DNA of 64,000 nucleotides from Nitrospirota bacterium (GCA_021789555.1 JAJYJK010000004.1:47064-111063), one strand, 5' to 3'. Shown: positions 20,064-29,681, counted from the stretch's first letter. A program made the numbers and translations. The notes: a model not told the origin generated them from the sequence alone.

Positions 20064-21038
20064 TTACCAGGAGAGCTCCTTTACCTTGTCCAAAACCATC
20101 TCCCTAAACGCCTGAATCAGCAATGGGTGGGTATTCAGGGCGGGGGCGCGCTTGAGCTCGATGCCCAGAGCCCCCGCAAGCCTTTTATATAATATATCAA
20201 TCTCGTAGAGCGTCTCAATGTGGTCGGAAACAAAACTGATCGGCACCGCGAGGACCTTTTTTATCCCGCGTCCGGCAAGCGTTCGGAGCATCTCGTCCGT
20301 ATAGGGGGCCAGCCATTTTACCGGCCCGGTGCGGGACTGGTAACTAAGGGCGTGCTCAACCGGGGGCATCCGTTTAAGGACGGCATTTATCGTGCAGCGG
20401 ATGTGCCCAACGTAGGGGTCGCCGGTTTCGACTATCTTCATGGGAAGGCCGTGCGCGCTGAAAAGGACGAAGACGTTATGGTCATCCCCTCCGCCGAAAA
20501 GTGAAATCCCTTTTTTGATCGTCTCCGCCAGGGCCTCTATATAGAGCGGCTGTTCGCACCACTGCTCAATGGCCCCGACGCGAATGCCGAGCCTCGCGGC
20601 CTCCTCGTTCAAGCGATGGAGCGACGAGCCGGTGGTGGCGATGGAGTAATGGGGATAGAGCGAGAGGGCCATTAACTTTTTGATGCCGTCCTGGTGCATC
20701 CTCTCCACCGCTTCCCCTATATATGGACGCCAGTAGCGCATGCCGAAGGAGACCTTGAATTCGCCGTAAGGTTTCAACGCCTGCCCGAGGGCGGCGCATT
20801 GCGCGCCCGTCCATTCATTTAACGGGGACCTGCCGCCTATGAGCGCGTATGCCTTCTTCGCCTTTGCCGCCCGCCATGCGGAGATGGCCCAGGCAATCGG
20901 CTTCTGGAGCGGGGCGGGCCCCAGTCTGATAATCATCCTGTCCGCGAAGAGATTGAAGAGGAAGGGCCTCACCGCGCGCAGGCTGTCCGGCCCCCCGAGG
21001 TTCAGAAGAATTACGCCTATAGGGCCTTTCTCACTCAG
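20064..21038 (-). CDS. hemH: Ferrochelatase (probable non-canonical start)
   Basis: The conserved N-terminal IGVILLNLGGP lies upstream of the first GTG (20972); also LYPHYS, FSAHGLP, GDPY, YQSR.GPVKWL, FVSDHIETLYE. Confidence 0.93.
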   Translation of the reverse strand: MSEKGPIGVILLNLGGPDSLRAVRPFLFNLFADRMIIRLGPAPLQKPIAWAISAWRAAKAKKAYALIGGRSPLNEWTGAQCAALGQALKPYGEFKVSFGMRYWRPYIGEAVERMHQDGIKKLMALSLYPHYSIATTGSSLHRLNEEAARLGIRVGAIEQWCEQPLYIEALAETIKKGISLFGGGDDHNVFVLFSAHGLPMKIVETGDPYVGHIRCTINAVLKRMPPVEHALSYQSRTGPVKWLAPYTDEMLRTLAGRGIKKVLAVPISFVSDHIETLYEIDILYKRLAGALGIELKRAPALNTHPLLIQAFREMVLDKVKELSW

Positions 21039-22074
21039 GGCGGCCGGCCGCTTTCCCGCTTAGCTCGTGCACGATATCAACCAGCGCCTTCGCGTTTTCG
21101 ACCGGGATTTCGGGCAGGATGCCGTGGCCCAGATTGAAGATATGCCCCCTTGCGGGCCCCGCTTTCTCCAGTATCTCCCGCACCTTCGGCCTGAGGCCTT
21201 CAGGGGGCAGCAGGAGGGCGCACGGGTCCAGGTTTCCCTGCACCACGAACTTTTTGCCGAGTTTTTTTACCGCGTCACCCATATCAATACGCCAATCAAT
21301 GCCTATGGCCCCTGCGCCGGAGGCCTTTATCTCTTTCAAGAGCCCCGCGCAGCCGTTTACAAAATAGATAATCGGCGCACCATCATCTTTAAGCTCCTTT
21401 ATTATCTGTTTCACATACGGCAGGGCGTATGCGCGGTAGTCGTCCGGGGAGAGCACGCCCGCCCATGTATCGAAGAGCTGGACGGCATCGGCCCCCGCCT
21501 TTATCTGCGCCCTCAGATAGGCCGTCACCGTGTCGGTTATCTTGGTCATGAGCCCGCCGAAGAGGCCGTGGTTCTGGTACATAATCCTCTTTGTGCTGAG
21601 GAAATTCTTCGAGCCCCCGCCCTCTATCATGTATGTGGCGAGGGTGAAGGGCGCGCCGGAGAAACCTATCAGCGGCACTTTAAGCCCCGATTTGAGGATT
21701 TTTACGGTCTCCAGCACAAACGGCAGGTCGTCTTCCGGGACCGGCACGGAAAGCCGCTCCAGAAGCGCCCTGGTCCTGATGGGCTCGGCCAGCGAGGGCC
21801 CGTGCTTCTCGGAAAAGGCGAGCTTCATCCCCATCGCCTCGACCGGTATGAGGATATCGGAAAACAATATGGCCGCGTCCACGCCCAAGATGTCCACGGG
21901 CTGGAACGTGACCTTGGCCGCCAGCTCCGGGGTCTTGCACAGGGTAAGGAAATCAACACTCTCCCTCACCTGCCTGTACTCGCGCAGGTACCTGCCCGCC
22001 TGACGCATAATCCAGACAGGCGTGTAAGGGGCCTCTTCGCCCCTGAGGACCTTAAGAAAGATATCGTTCATCAA
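21031..22074 (-). CDS. hemE: Uroporphyrinogen decarboxylase
   Basis: PVWIMRQAGRY, AAILFSDIL, QGNLDP, IFNLGHGI. Confidence 0.97.
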   Translation of the reverse strand: MMNDIFLKVLRGEEAPYTPVWIMRQAGRYLREYRQVRESVDFLTLCKTPELAAKVTFQPVDILGVDAAILFSDILIPVEAMGMKLAFSEKHGPSLAEPIRTRALLERLSVPVPEDDLPFVLETVKILKSGLKVPLIGFSGAPFTLATYMIEGGGSKNFLSTKRIMYQNHGLFGGLMTKITDTVTAYLRAQIKAGADAVQLFDTWAGVLSPDDYRAYALPYVKQIIKELKDDGAPIIYFVNGCAGLLKEIKASGAGAIGIDWRIDMGDAVKKLGKKFVVQGNLDPCALLLPPEGLRPKVREILEKAGPARGHIFNLGHGILPEIPVENAKALVDIVHELSGKAAGRPE

Positions 22075-22169
22075 AAATCCTCCGCCTGAGGTTTTACCTT
22101 TACCTTTTATTTTTATGCTTTACTTTTACTTTTTACTTTTGTGCTAAGAAAAAAAACGGGCCGGGACAA

Positions 22170-23258
22170 TTATCCTTTATTGCCCTGTCCGATCACGCGC
22201 TTTTTCATTTTAAGGGGCACATGGCCGCAGAAGGGCTCCTCCTCCAGGTAATCGCCCGTGAGCGAATAGGCCCTGGCCCTGCACCCTCCGCAGACGTTTA
22301 TGTATTCGCAGGAGCCGCATTTGCCCTTGTAGCCCTTGAAATCCCGCAGCTCGCGGAAAAGCTCCGAGTCCTCCCAGATGTCCTTGAACGGGCGCTCCAT
22401 GACGTTGCCGGCCGGCTTCGGGAAATAGCTGCACGGAAGGACGTTGCCGTCAACGTCTATTAGGCATATGAGCTGCCCCGCTATGCATCCCTTCGCCCCC
22501 CCGGTGGAGAATTTCAGCGTCCTTCGCTCGAATTTCGACTTCTCATCGCGCGACCTCTGGAGCACGACCCTGTAGTAATGGGGGGCGCAGGTGGGGCGCA
22601 CGAGCATATCTTTTTCGTCCTTCTCCATCCGGTAGTGCCAGTCGAGTATCTCCTCGTAGTCCTCCTTGGAGATAAGCTCGTTCATTATCTCCTCGCCCCT
22701 TCCCGTGGGGACTATCATGAACATGTACCAGGCCGTGGCCCCGAGGTCCTTTGCGAGCCGGTAGACCCTGGGTATCTCCTCCTGGTTCCGCTTGGTGAAG
22801 GAGGAGTTTATTATGAACTCCATCCCGTGCTTGCGGAAGAGCCCGGCGGCAGTCGTGATGCCGCGGAAGGCCCCCTTTACCGACCTGAAATTATCGTGCA
22901 CTTCCTCCGTGGAGCCATCAAGGCTCAGCGAGACGATCCTGATCCCGGAGGCCTTTATCTTTTCGCATATCCCGTCGGTCACAAGCATGCCGTTTGTGGC
23001 AAGGCACATCCTGAGCCCGAGCCCCGTGCCGTGTCCGGCTATTTCAAATACGTCGTCCCTCAAGAGGGGCTCGCCGCCCGACAGCACTATCACGGGTTTC
23101 GCATAGGAGGCGATATCGTCCAGTATCCTGAATGCCTCGCCGGTCGGGAAGTCCGGATGGCCCTTGACTTCCAGCTCCGAGGAGGAGCGGCAGTGGACGC
23201 ACCTCAGATTGCATCTCCTGGTTATCTCCCAGGCTATCCATTTAGGGGCAAATTCCAT
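22170..23258 (-). CDS. Radical SAM/SPASM protein, AhbD/NirJ-like (putative coproheme decarboxylase)
   Basis: [46 protein letters not shown]; directly upstream of hemE. Confidence 0.8.
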   Translation of the reverse strand: MEFAPKWIAWEITRRCNLRCVHCRSSSELEVKGHPDFPTGEAFRILDDIASYAKPVIVLSGGEPLLRDDVFEIAGHGTGLGLRMCLATNGMLVTDGICEKIKASGIRIVSLSLDGSTEEVHDNFRSVKGAFRGITTAAGLFRKHGMEFIINSSFTKRNQEEIPRVYRLAKDLGATAWYMFMIVPTGRGEEIMNELISKEDYEEILDWHYRMEKDEKDMLVRPTCAPHYYRVVLQRSRDEKSKFERRTLKFSTGGAKGCIAGQLICLIDVDGNVLPCSYFPKPAGNVMERPFKDIWEDSELFRELRDFKGYKGKCGSCEYINVCGGCRARAYSLTGDYLEEEPFCGHVPLKMKKRVIGQGNKG

Positions 23259-23267
23259 TTCGCCTTA

Positions 23268-25046
23268 TTATACCTGTACCTTCGCTGCTTTTTCATGCCA
23301 TATGGCATCTTCGAGCGCGGCAAGCAGGGGGCCGAAGGTGGAGGGCGCGAGCGCGGAGACCGCGACCGCGCCGTAGCGCGCCGAAAGCGCCCCGGCCTCA
23401 TCCGCGGAGAGCCTGTCGGCCTTGTTGAAGACCACCAGCCTCGGCTTTGAGGAGAGTCCAAGCTCCTCCAATATCCTGGCAACGCTGTCCATCTGCTGGG
23501 GGAACCTCGGGTTCGATGCGTCCACCACGTGCAGCAGGAGGTCTGTGTCCTCCAGCTCCTCGAAGGTCGCCTTGAAGGCCGCGATGAGGTCCTTGGGCAG
23601 GTCCCGTATGAAACCCACGGTATCCGTGATGATTACCTGCCGCTGGCCCGGCGCGGTCCCGGGGAAAACCGTCCCCACGGGGATTTTCACTTTCAGTTTC
23701 AGCCGCCTGCTGGCCGTCTCCAGGGTGGCGAACATCCTGTCCTCGACGGCGGTCCCGGAGCCCGTAAGGGCATTTAGCAGGGTGGACTTCCCCGCGTTCG
23801 TGTATCCGACGATGGAGACGATGGGCAGCCCCCGCTCCACCCTCCTTTTTTTCCTCTGACCCCGGCCCAGCGAGAGGGCTTTCAATTGGCGCTCCAGTAA
23901 ATGGATGCGGTCCCTGACGCGCCTGCGGTCCACTTCAAGCTTCGTCTCGCCCGGCCCCCTGCCGCCGATGCCGCCCATGAGACGTGACATCGAAGAGCCC
24001 TTGCCGGTAAGCCTCGGCAGCAGATATTTCAACTGCGCCAGCTCCACCTGGACCTTGCCCTCCCGGCTGCCGGCCCGCCGTGCAAATATGTCCAGGATAA
24101 GTTGGGAGCGGTCAATGACTTTCAGCTCCGTGAGATCGGTTATGGACCTTATCTGGGAGGGGCCCAGGTCCTGGTCGAAGACCAGCAGGGTCGCGCCCTT
24201 GTCCAGGGCGTCTATGATCAGCTCCTTCATCTTGCCCTCGCCCATCAGGTATTTAGGATTAATCTCTTTGGGCCGCTGGATGACCGAATCCAGCACGAGG
24301 ACCCCGGCGGAGCGGGCAAGCTCTTTCAATTCATCCATCGATTCCTCAATTGAATAGGGACCAGTCCCGTACCCGTATGCGGGCGGAAACGTCTTTCCCC
24401 TCGCCCTTACCGAAACGCCCACCAGGATCGCGCGCTCACTTTTATCGTCTTCGAAGTGCCTCCTCCTGGCCATCTCGCTCTCCAGCGCGGACACGAACCC
24501 CCCGAAATCGAAGCGGAGACGAAAGCGGCCAAGGTCCCCGAAGTCTTGCACCTCGAACCTCTTGCCGGCATCCCGCCCTGCTCCATCCCCCGGGGAATGG
24601 CCGGCTACGGGACTGGTCCCTGCGGGCAGCAGGTGGGCCAATTCAACGGCGCCGGGTTCGCCGTCTTCGCGCACCCCTATGGCGCAGACCAGATCGAGGC
24701 GCAGGAGGGCCAGGTCGGTGAGGTCGTCACGGGTGAGTTTCTCGTCATCTTTAAGGTGGGTATGGATGAGTCTGAGGCCCCTGAGGGCCTTTCTGCCGAG
24801 CGGATAGGCCTCCAGGGACGGTATGAATATGCCCTTGGCGTCCCCGACGATGACCTGCAAGACCGCCCCCCGCCTGTCGATAAGGACCCCGAGCTGCCGC
24901 CCCAGACGCGCAGAGAGCGCGGCCAGATACCGGGCAAGCTCATTAGTGACGGCTTCTTCCGGAGGGACCCTTCTCCTGAAAACCCTTTCGAGCAGGCGCA
25001 GTTCGCTCCCCTTGAGGCTGGAGCTATTGCCCGTTATGGAAGGTAT
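23268..25046 (-). CDS. hflX: GTPase HflX, long form (probable ATA start)
   Basis: LILDIFA.RA, RGPGETKLE, GYTNAGKSTL, DTVGFI, NKAD. The frame is open upstream of 24860 to ATA 25046, which follows an AGGAGAGG SD. Confidence 0.92.
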   Translation of the reverse strand: MPSITGNSSSLKGSELRLLERVFRRRVPPEEAVTNELARYLAALSARLGRQLGVLIDRRGAVLQVIVGDAKGIFIPSLEAYPLGRKALRGLRLIHTHLKDDEKLTRDDLTDLALLRLDLVCAIGVREDGEPGAVELAHLLPAGTSPVAGHSPGDGAGRDAGKRFEVQDFGDLGRFRLRFDFGGFVSALESEMARRRHFEDDKSERAILVGVSVRARGKTFPPAYGYGTGPYSIEESMDELKELARSAGVLVLDSVIQRPKEINPKYLMGEGKMKELIIDALDKGATLLVFDQDLGPSQIRSITDLTELKVIDRSQLILDIFARRAGSREGKVQVELAQLKYLLPRLTGKGSSMSRLMGGIGGRGPGETKLEVDRRRVRDRIHLLERQLKALSLGRGQRKKRRVERGLPIVSIVGYTNAGKSTLLNALTGSGTAVEDRMFATLETASRRLKLKVKIPVGTVFPGTAPGQRQVIITDTVGFIRDLPKDLIAAFKATFEELEDTDLLLHVVDASNPRFPQQMDSVARILEELGLSSKPRLVVFNKADRLSADEAGALSARYGAVAVSALAPSTFGPLLAALEDAIWHEKAAKVQV

Positions 25047-25107
25047 GTTAGAGACCTCTCCTTTTTGTCATCTCTAATATTATTTTAGCAGATTATTTAG
25101 TTTGATT

Positions 25108-25237
25108 AACCCTCACGCTCTCCCGCCTTGGGGAATATCTGCCTGCACTTTCGTTCGGTCGCGCGGTTCCGGACGTGAGCGACAACTTTGTTGAATCGTC
25201 TTCAGGGCGAAAGGGGAGGGGATTAAGGGGCGGGGTG
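25108..25237 (-). repeat. Family B element (25135-25212) nested inside a split BoxC-like repeat
   Basis: Minus strand reads CCCCGCCCCTTAATCCCCTCCCC-[family B]-CCCCAAGGCGGGAGAGCGTGAGGG. Confidence 0.7.
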
Positions 25238-25240
25238 TTC

Positions 25241-27244
25241 TTACCAGCGCCGGGTCAGGCTCGCAAAGAAGGCGTGCGCATGGCCGGACTGGTACTCCGG
25301 GTTCAGGCTGTTGACCGCGCTGTCAAAGTCGCTGTAGAAATAACTGAGCCCGAGCTCCGTCTTCTTGCGCACGGCCCATCTGGCCTTGAAGGAATAGACG
25401 GTCTCCTTTATGTCCAGCGTCGAAAAGACGGACAGGGGAAGCAGTGAGGGGCCGTTTGAAAAATCATACTGGCTTGACGGGGAGAAATCGCCGCTTGCCG
25501 AGAAACGGTTCACCGCCCCGGTCAGCTCAAGCTTATCGACCGGCGTGTAATTGGCCGAGACCGTGTAGTTATGCGAGATGTCGGTGTAGGGCACATTCGG
25601 GTCCAGGAACTGCGCGCCCGCGGGGCCCGTGTAAACCAGGTCCTGCCTCACCTTTGAGCGCCAGTATGCGTAGCCCGCATCCAATGTAATATTCCGCCTG
25701 ATTGGAAATACGATATCGCCCGAGAATTTGTCCCTCCGCACGTCCCTGTTTGCGGCATTCGTGATGCCGGAGGTGGTCTCGTCTATTATCAGCACGTTGT
25801 CCCTTGTCTCGTGGGAAAGCTCGTAGCTTGCGAAGGCCGTGATCCCCCCCGGGAAGCTCCATGTGGCGGACAGGGTGCCGGCATCGCCGTTATTTGGCTG
25901 GTAATTGTACGCCGGGGAGCCGTACCATTCGTGGGTGTACTGCCCCCTAAGTTTCAGCATGCGGACAGGGCGGTAGTCCACATTGAACGAAGTCCTGGTG
26001 CTCCTGGTGGACGCGGGTAAAAGCCCGTCTTCCCAGAAGGTGGAATTTTCGCGCCTTTCGTTGTTCCAGGAGATCTGGCTGCCTACCGACAGATTGTATG
26101 TGATCCTGTAGCGGGCCACACCGGTTACGGTGTCCGTCACCGAGGAGATCGGCGGCCGGATGGAGTTGATCAGCGCGGGTGGCGGGAGATTGAACTGGCT
26201 GTAAAGCTGGTTCAGGGTCGAGCTGATATTCTCCTCGGAAAGCTCCTCGTGTTTGTACCTTGCCACCAGCATAAGCGGCGTCACCGGTATGACCCTTATC
26301 TCGCCGTCGCCGAAGAAATAATCGGCGCGGGCGCCTGAGGTATCGTTCGTCCTTGATATCTTCGACAGCGTTCCCATGGCGTATATCATGCCCGTGTATG
26401 AGCTGTGTATCCTGAATGTGTCCGTGTTGCCCTCCAGTTCGGGTATCAGGTTGTGGAACCAGGAGACGCCACTGTCATTGGTGTAGCTCATGACCTCATT
26501 GCCGGCGGAAAACCTCTTGAACCCGTGCGAATAATCCATCTCCACGGGGCCCAGATGACCGTTCAGGCCCACCCTTATATCGGTCGTGCGCATGTCCACG
26601 GGCCTGTCCTGGGAGACCCTCACGATATCGCTGAATGAACCCGAGCCGCCAAGGAATATCTGCTGCATGTCTCCCGACTGAACCACGTTCATGCCCTGCA
26701 GATATATATGGAAGGGATAGTCGTGGGTTTTGAAACGCAGAGAGACGCGGTTGATTCCCATCCTTACGCCGTATTGGACCCCGGTATCGGACTGATCCAA
26801 ATCCGAGCCATTTCTGGACGGGTTGCCTGCAAGCGTAATGTTGGGCAGGTTATGGAAGAGGCTGCTGCCCAAAAACCTGAAAAGGACGGTATCGCTGTAA
26901 GCGTAGCGGAAATCGGCAAAGTAGTCTTTTTTATTGAGGACGTCAAGCTCCAGGTGGACCCGGTTCGGGAACGGGAAGGCGATGATCTCGCCGCCCAGGC
27001 CGAGGGAATCGCTCGCGTAGCCGTATGGCAGCGCATTGCTGCCGCCGTTTAAGTGGGCGTCAGTAAAACCTCCCCACAGGCTGTACTCGGGGGCTATCTC
27101 CGGGTACTTGTAAACCTGGTTGTCCGCCTCGTCCTGCGCGAAGGCCGCGGAGGCGAGCATGAACAGGAGCACCGGAAGAAAAAGGACGGCGCATATACCT
27201 CTTTCCGTTTCAGCCCGCGTCCGCCACCTCACCGGGTGAACCAT
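25241..27244 (-). CDS. Outer-membrane beta-barrel protein, MtrB/PioB-like porin
   Basis: Signal peptide ending ASAAFA-QD, alternating amphipathic strands, terminal aromatic residue (FFASLTRRW); overlaps the upstream decahaem cytochrome gene. Confidence 0.75.
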   Translation of the reverse strand: MVHPVRWRTRAETERGICAVLFLPVLLFMLASAAFAQDEADNQVYKYPEIAPEYSLWGGFTDAHLNGGSNALPYGYASDSLGLGGEIIAFPFPNRVHLELDVLNKKDYFADFRYAYSDTVLFRFLGSSLFHNLPNITLAGNPSRNGSDLDQSDTGVQYGVRMGINRVSLRFKTHDYPFHIYLQGMNVVQSGDMQQIFLGGSGSFSDIVRVSQDRPVDMRTTDIRVGLNGHLGPVEMDYSHGFKRFSAGNEVMSYTNDSGVSWFHNLIPELEGNTDTFRIHSSYTGMIYAMGTLSKISRTNDTSGARADYFFGDGEIRVIPVTPLMLVARYKHEELSEENISSTLNQLYSQFNLPPPALINSIRPPISSVTDTVTGVARYRITYNLSVGSQISWNNERRENSTFWEDGLLPASTRSTRTSFNVDYRPVRMLKLRGQYTHEWYGSPAYNYQPNNGDAGTLSATWSFPGGITAFASYELSHETRDNVLIIDETTSGITNAANRDVRRDKFSGDIVFPIRRNITLDAGYAYWRSKVRQDLVYTGPAGAQFLDPNVPYTDISHNYTVSANYTPVDKLELTGAVNRFSASGDFSPSSQYDFSNGPSLLPLSVFSTLDIKETVYSFKARWAVRKKTELGLSYFYSDFDSAVNSLNPEYQSGHAHAFFASLTRRW

Positions 27245-28377
27245 CCTTTACCGGAAGTGGGCGGCAGGTCGGAGCCGTGGATTTGCGAATGGCAGTCGGT
27301 GCACCTCGTATAAGTGGCCCGGGTGTTGAGGGCGTTTATCAGATGCCCTTCATGGCACTGGAGACAGAGGAAGGGCTGTCTCAGTTTCAAGAGGTCATCG
27401 TTTGGCGAGCCGTGCTGGTTGTGGCAGACAAGGCAGTTTTCCGTATTTTCCGCGTGCTCGTAAATGAAAGGGCCCTCCTTGTCGGCGTGGCACTGGGTGC
27501 AGGTGGCCTTGATGGTGGGCTTCCGCAAAAGCTTCGGGTTCCCCCCGTGAGGGTCGTGGCAGTCGGTGCAGAATATCTTGCCCTCGGGAACCGGATGATG
27601 GCTTATCTGGTTGAATTCGCTCTTTATGTCCTGATGGCACCTGAAACACATCGACGCCGTGTCCCTGGGGTTTACGATGAGGTCCGGCCCGTGGTGGATA
27701 TTGTGGCAGTCCTCGCAGTCCACGCCGTTTAAGGCGTGGGGGCTCGTGTTCCAGGCGTGAAGGTTGAAAGTGGCGTTTCCGGTATGGCATTTAAGGCATA
27801 TGAGGGATTTCGCGGTCGGCGGCAGGCCCTTTATGTCGATGAACGTCTTATAGTCGCAGGAGAGGGTCTTTCCCTCCTTCCGCGCCTCTTTCACCTTCCG
27901 CCGCGTAAGCCCCATTATGGCCAGGCTGCCAGGCCCGTGGCAGGACTCGCAGTCCACAATCGGAAGACCGGATTTGGGCGAAAGCTGGGCGCCCATCGTG
28001 CTTGCCTCAAAATCCCTCTTTATCTGGTCATGGTAATGGCAGGACCTCAGACAATTGGCATTGCCCACGTAATCGGCATCGAACCTGCCCGCAAGCATCT
28101 TTTCATATTCTTTTATGGGTATTAAGGGTTTTGAGGTCTTCAGGGTCTCGCAGCCCGCAGGCAGGAACAAGGCCGTCAAAATCAAAAAGGCAAGGAGCGG
28201 CAGATACCTCGAAAAGGCCGGCGAGAAGGCATTGTCCGTTTTTTTGAAGACAACACGCCCGCTCTCCGTCGAGAGATTCCATCCGGATGGATTTTCACTT
28301 TCAACAGAGGGAGTTTTTTTATTTTTTATTATTATTCGCCCGGTTGCCCCTTTTGAGGCAATACGCCTGCTCTGCAT
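27229..28377 (-). CDS. Decahaem c-type cytochrome lipoprotein (DmsE/MtrA-like)
   Basis: Nine CXXCH (CESCH, CLKCH, CEDCH, CFRCH, CTDCH, CTQCH, CLVCH, CLQCH, CTDCH) plus CLRSCH; GPF.YEH and PFLCLQCH motifs; lipobox-like LPAGC. Confidence 0.88.
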   Translation of the reverse strand: MQSRRIASKGATGRIIIKNKKTPSVESENPSGWNLSTESGRVVFKKTDNAFSPAFSRYLPLLAFLILTALFLPAGCETLKTSKPLIPIKEYEKMLAGRFDADYVGNANCLRSCHYHDQIKRDFEASTMGAQLSPKSGLPIVDCESCHGPGSLAIMGLTRRKVKEARKEGKTLSCDYKTFIDIKGLPPTAKSLICLKCHTGNATFNLHAWNTSPHALNGVDCEDCHNIHHGPDLIVNPRDTASMCFRCHQDIKSEFNQISHHPVPEGKIFCTDCHDPHGGNPKLLRKPTIKATCTQCHADKEGPFIYEHAENTENCLVCHNQHGSPNDDLLKLRQPFLCLQCHEGHLINALNTRATYTRCTDCHSQIHGSDLPPTSGKGWFTR

Positions 28378-28410
28378 TCAGCCCCCAACATCATAAAAAA
28401 ACCGTGTGAA

Positions 28411-28440
28411 ACTATATATTTTAGGTCCTCAAAAAGTCAA
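28411..28440 (-). promoter_or_regulatory. Putative sigma70 promoter of the cytochrome-porin operon
   Basis: TTGACT-N18-TATAGT on the minus strand, 33 bp upstream of ATG 28377. Confidence 0.5.
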
Positions 28441-28532
28441 GCTCTGACGGGCGTATTGTCAAGGCAAAATAGAAATTTCCTGCTTTGGGCGGGCTCAGGC
28501 ACCCGGCGGTTGCGCGGCAGAACGCTGTCGAA

Positions 28533-29681
28533 CTAGGGGGCGGTTTTTTTTATGGCGTCCTCAATAAACCGGGCGGGGGAGCCGCCTGAAAAATGGATCC
28601 GGACAATTTCAGAGCCGATCTCCTTTGTCTGCCTGTACGTCTCGTCAACGGCCCTTTCCACCACGGCCCAGCCCTCGCGTGGGCCGTCCGTCCCTTTTTC
28701 AAGGAAAAGGCCGGCGGCCTTCTCTATCTTCACGGAGAGGAGTTTTCTGTAGCCGGCCAGAAAGGCGGCATAGAATGCTAGTGAGCCCGTTTTCTTTCCG
28801 TCCATGATGTAGCGGAGCATCCCTTCCGGGCAGGTGTCGGCGAGCACGTCTTTCAAGGCCCTGAGGTACATGGCGTGTTTGGCCTCCCGCGTCTCCATGA
28901 GCATCTCCGACCATGCCGGGCCGAGTCTTTTCCGCTCGGCCGCCTCTCCAAGCTCGTGCCTTATGTACGTCCTTAGTTCCTCCCTCGAAACGGCAGAAAG
29001 CATATCTGTCATTTCCGGCCCCGCCTCCGGGGCGGCCCCTGCCCGTTGCGCAATACCGGGGGCGACGCCGTAATACGAGAATGCCGCCCGCAGAAGGCCC
29101 GAGGGTTTTGCCCTGTATTCCTCGAATTTCTGCCATATCAGATTTTCATTGGCCTCCAGGCGGGCAAAGACGCAGTCCCCCGCGAGCATGGCGACCGCGG
29201 CCGAAAGGTCCCTTGCGTATTCCCTGCCGCAGGTGTAAATTTCGAGGCCGTCCTCTGTCTCGCTCCCGATGACGTCGGCAAGAAAGAAGGTGGCCCGAAG
29301 ATGGGGCCCGTAGCCCGCCGCGTAAACGAGCCCGCGGTCAATCAGCACCCGGTTTATGCCGGCCGAATCAAACGCGTCAAAGCGCGCGGCCTCCTCCGGG
29401 TTGTCCGCCTTCACCCCCCCCGTCTCTACCTTCAACCCCTTTATCTCGACCGGCCCGAACGGCCGACCGTCAATCTCGCCCCAAAGGGCCTCCCTTTCGC
29501 CGATCCACCCGGCAATCCGCGCATTTTCCACCTTCTGCCACGGCCGCAGGCCGTGCTCTGAGTAGTAAAGCTCCCGGAGCCTCATCAAGAGCCCGCAGAC
29601 GGAATAAAGCCCCCAGCTCCTGGCGTCCGCTATATCACAATTGCTCTTGACGCTGCTTACAAGCAGGTCATCCGGCTCCAT
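28533..29681 (-). CDS. Conserved hypothetical protein (Sfum_1244-like family, from memory)
   Basis: N-terminal NCDIADAR..GLYSVCGLLMRLRELY; CGREYARD; HELGE motif. Confidence 0.6.
   Translation of the reverse strand: MEPDDLLVSSVKSNCDIADARSWGLYSVCGLLMRLRELYYSEHGLRPWQKVENARIAGWIGEREALWGEIDGRPFGPVEIKGLKVETGGVKADNPEEAARFDAFDSAGINRVLIDRGLVYAAGYGPHLRATFFLADVIGSETEDGLEIYTCGREYARDLSAAVAMLAGDCVFARLEANENLIWQKFEEYRAKPSGLLRAAFSYYGVAPGIAQRAGAAPEAGPEMTDMLSAVSREELRTYIRHELGEAAERKRLGPAWSEMLMETREAKHAMYLRALKDVLADTCPEGMLRYIMDGKKTGSLAFYAAFLAGYRKLLSVKIEKAAGLFLEKGTDGPREGWAVVERAVDETYRQTKEIGSEIVRIHFSGGSPARFIEDAIKKTAP

Noticed and set aside
25195-25240. FMN riboswitch (TCTTCAGGGC)
   Set aside because: The following GGTGAAATTCCC..ACCGGCGGT core is absent; the sequence belongs to repeat family B.
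27229-28377. Selenocysteine or stop-codon readthrough in the cytochromes
   Set aside because: All haem motifs are in open frames; no in-frame TGA at Cys positions.
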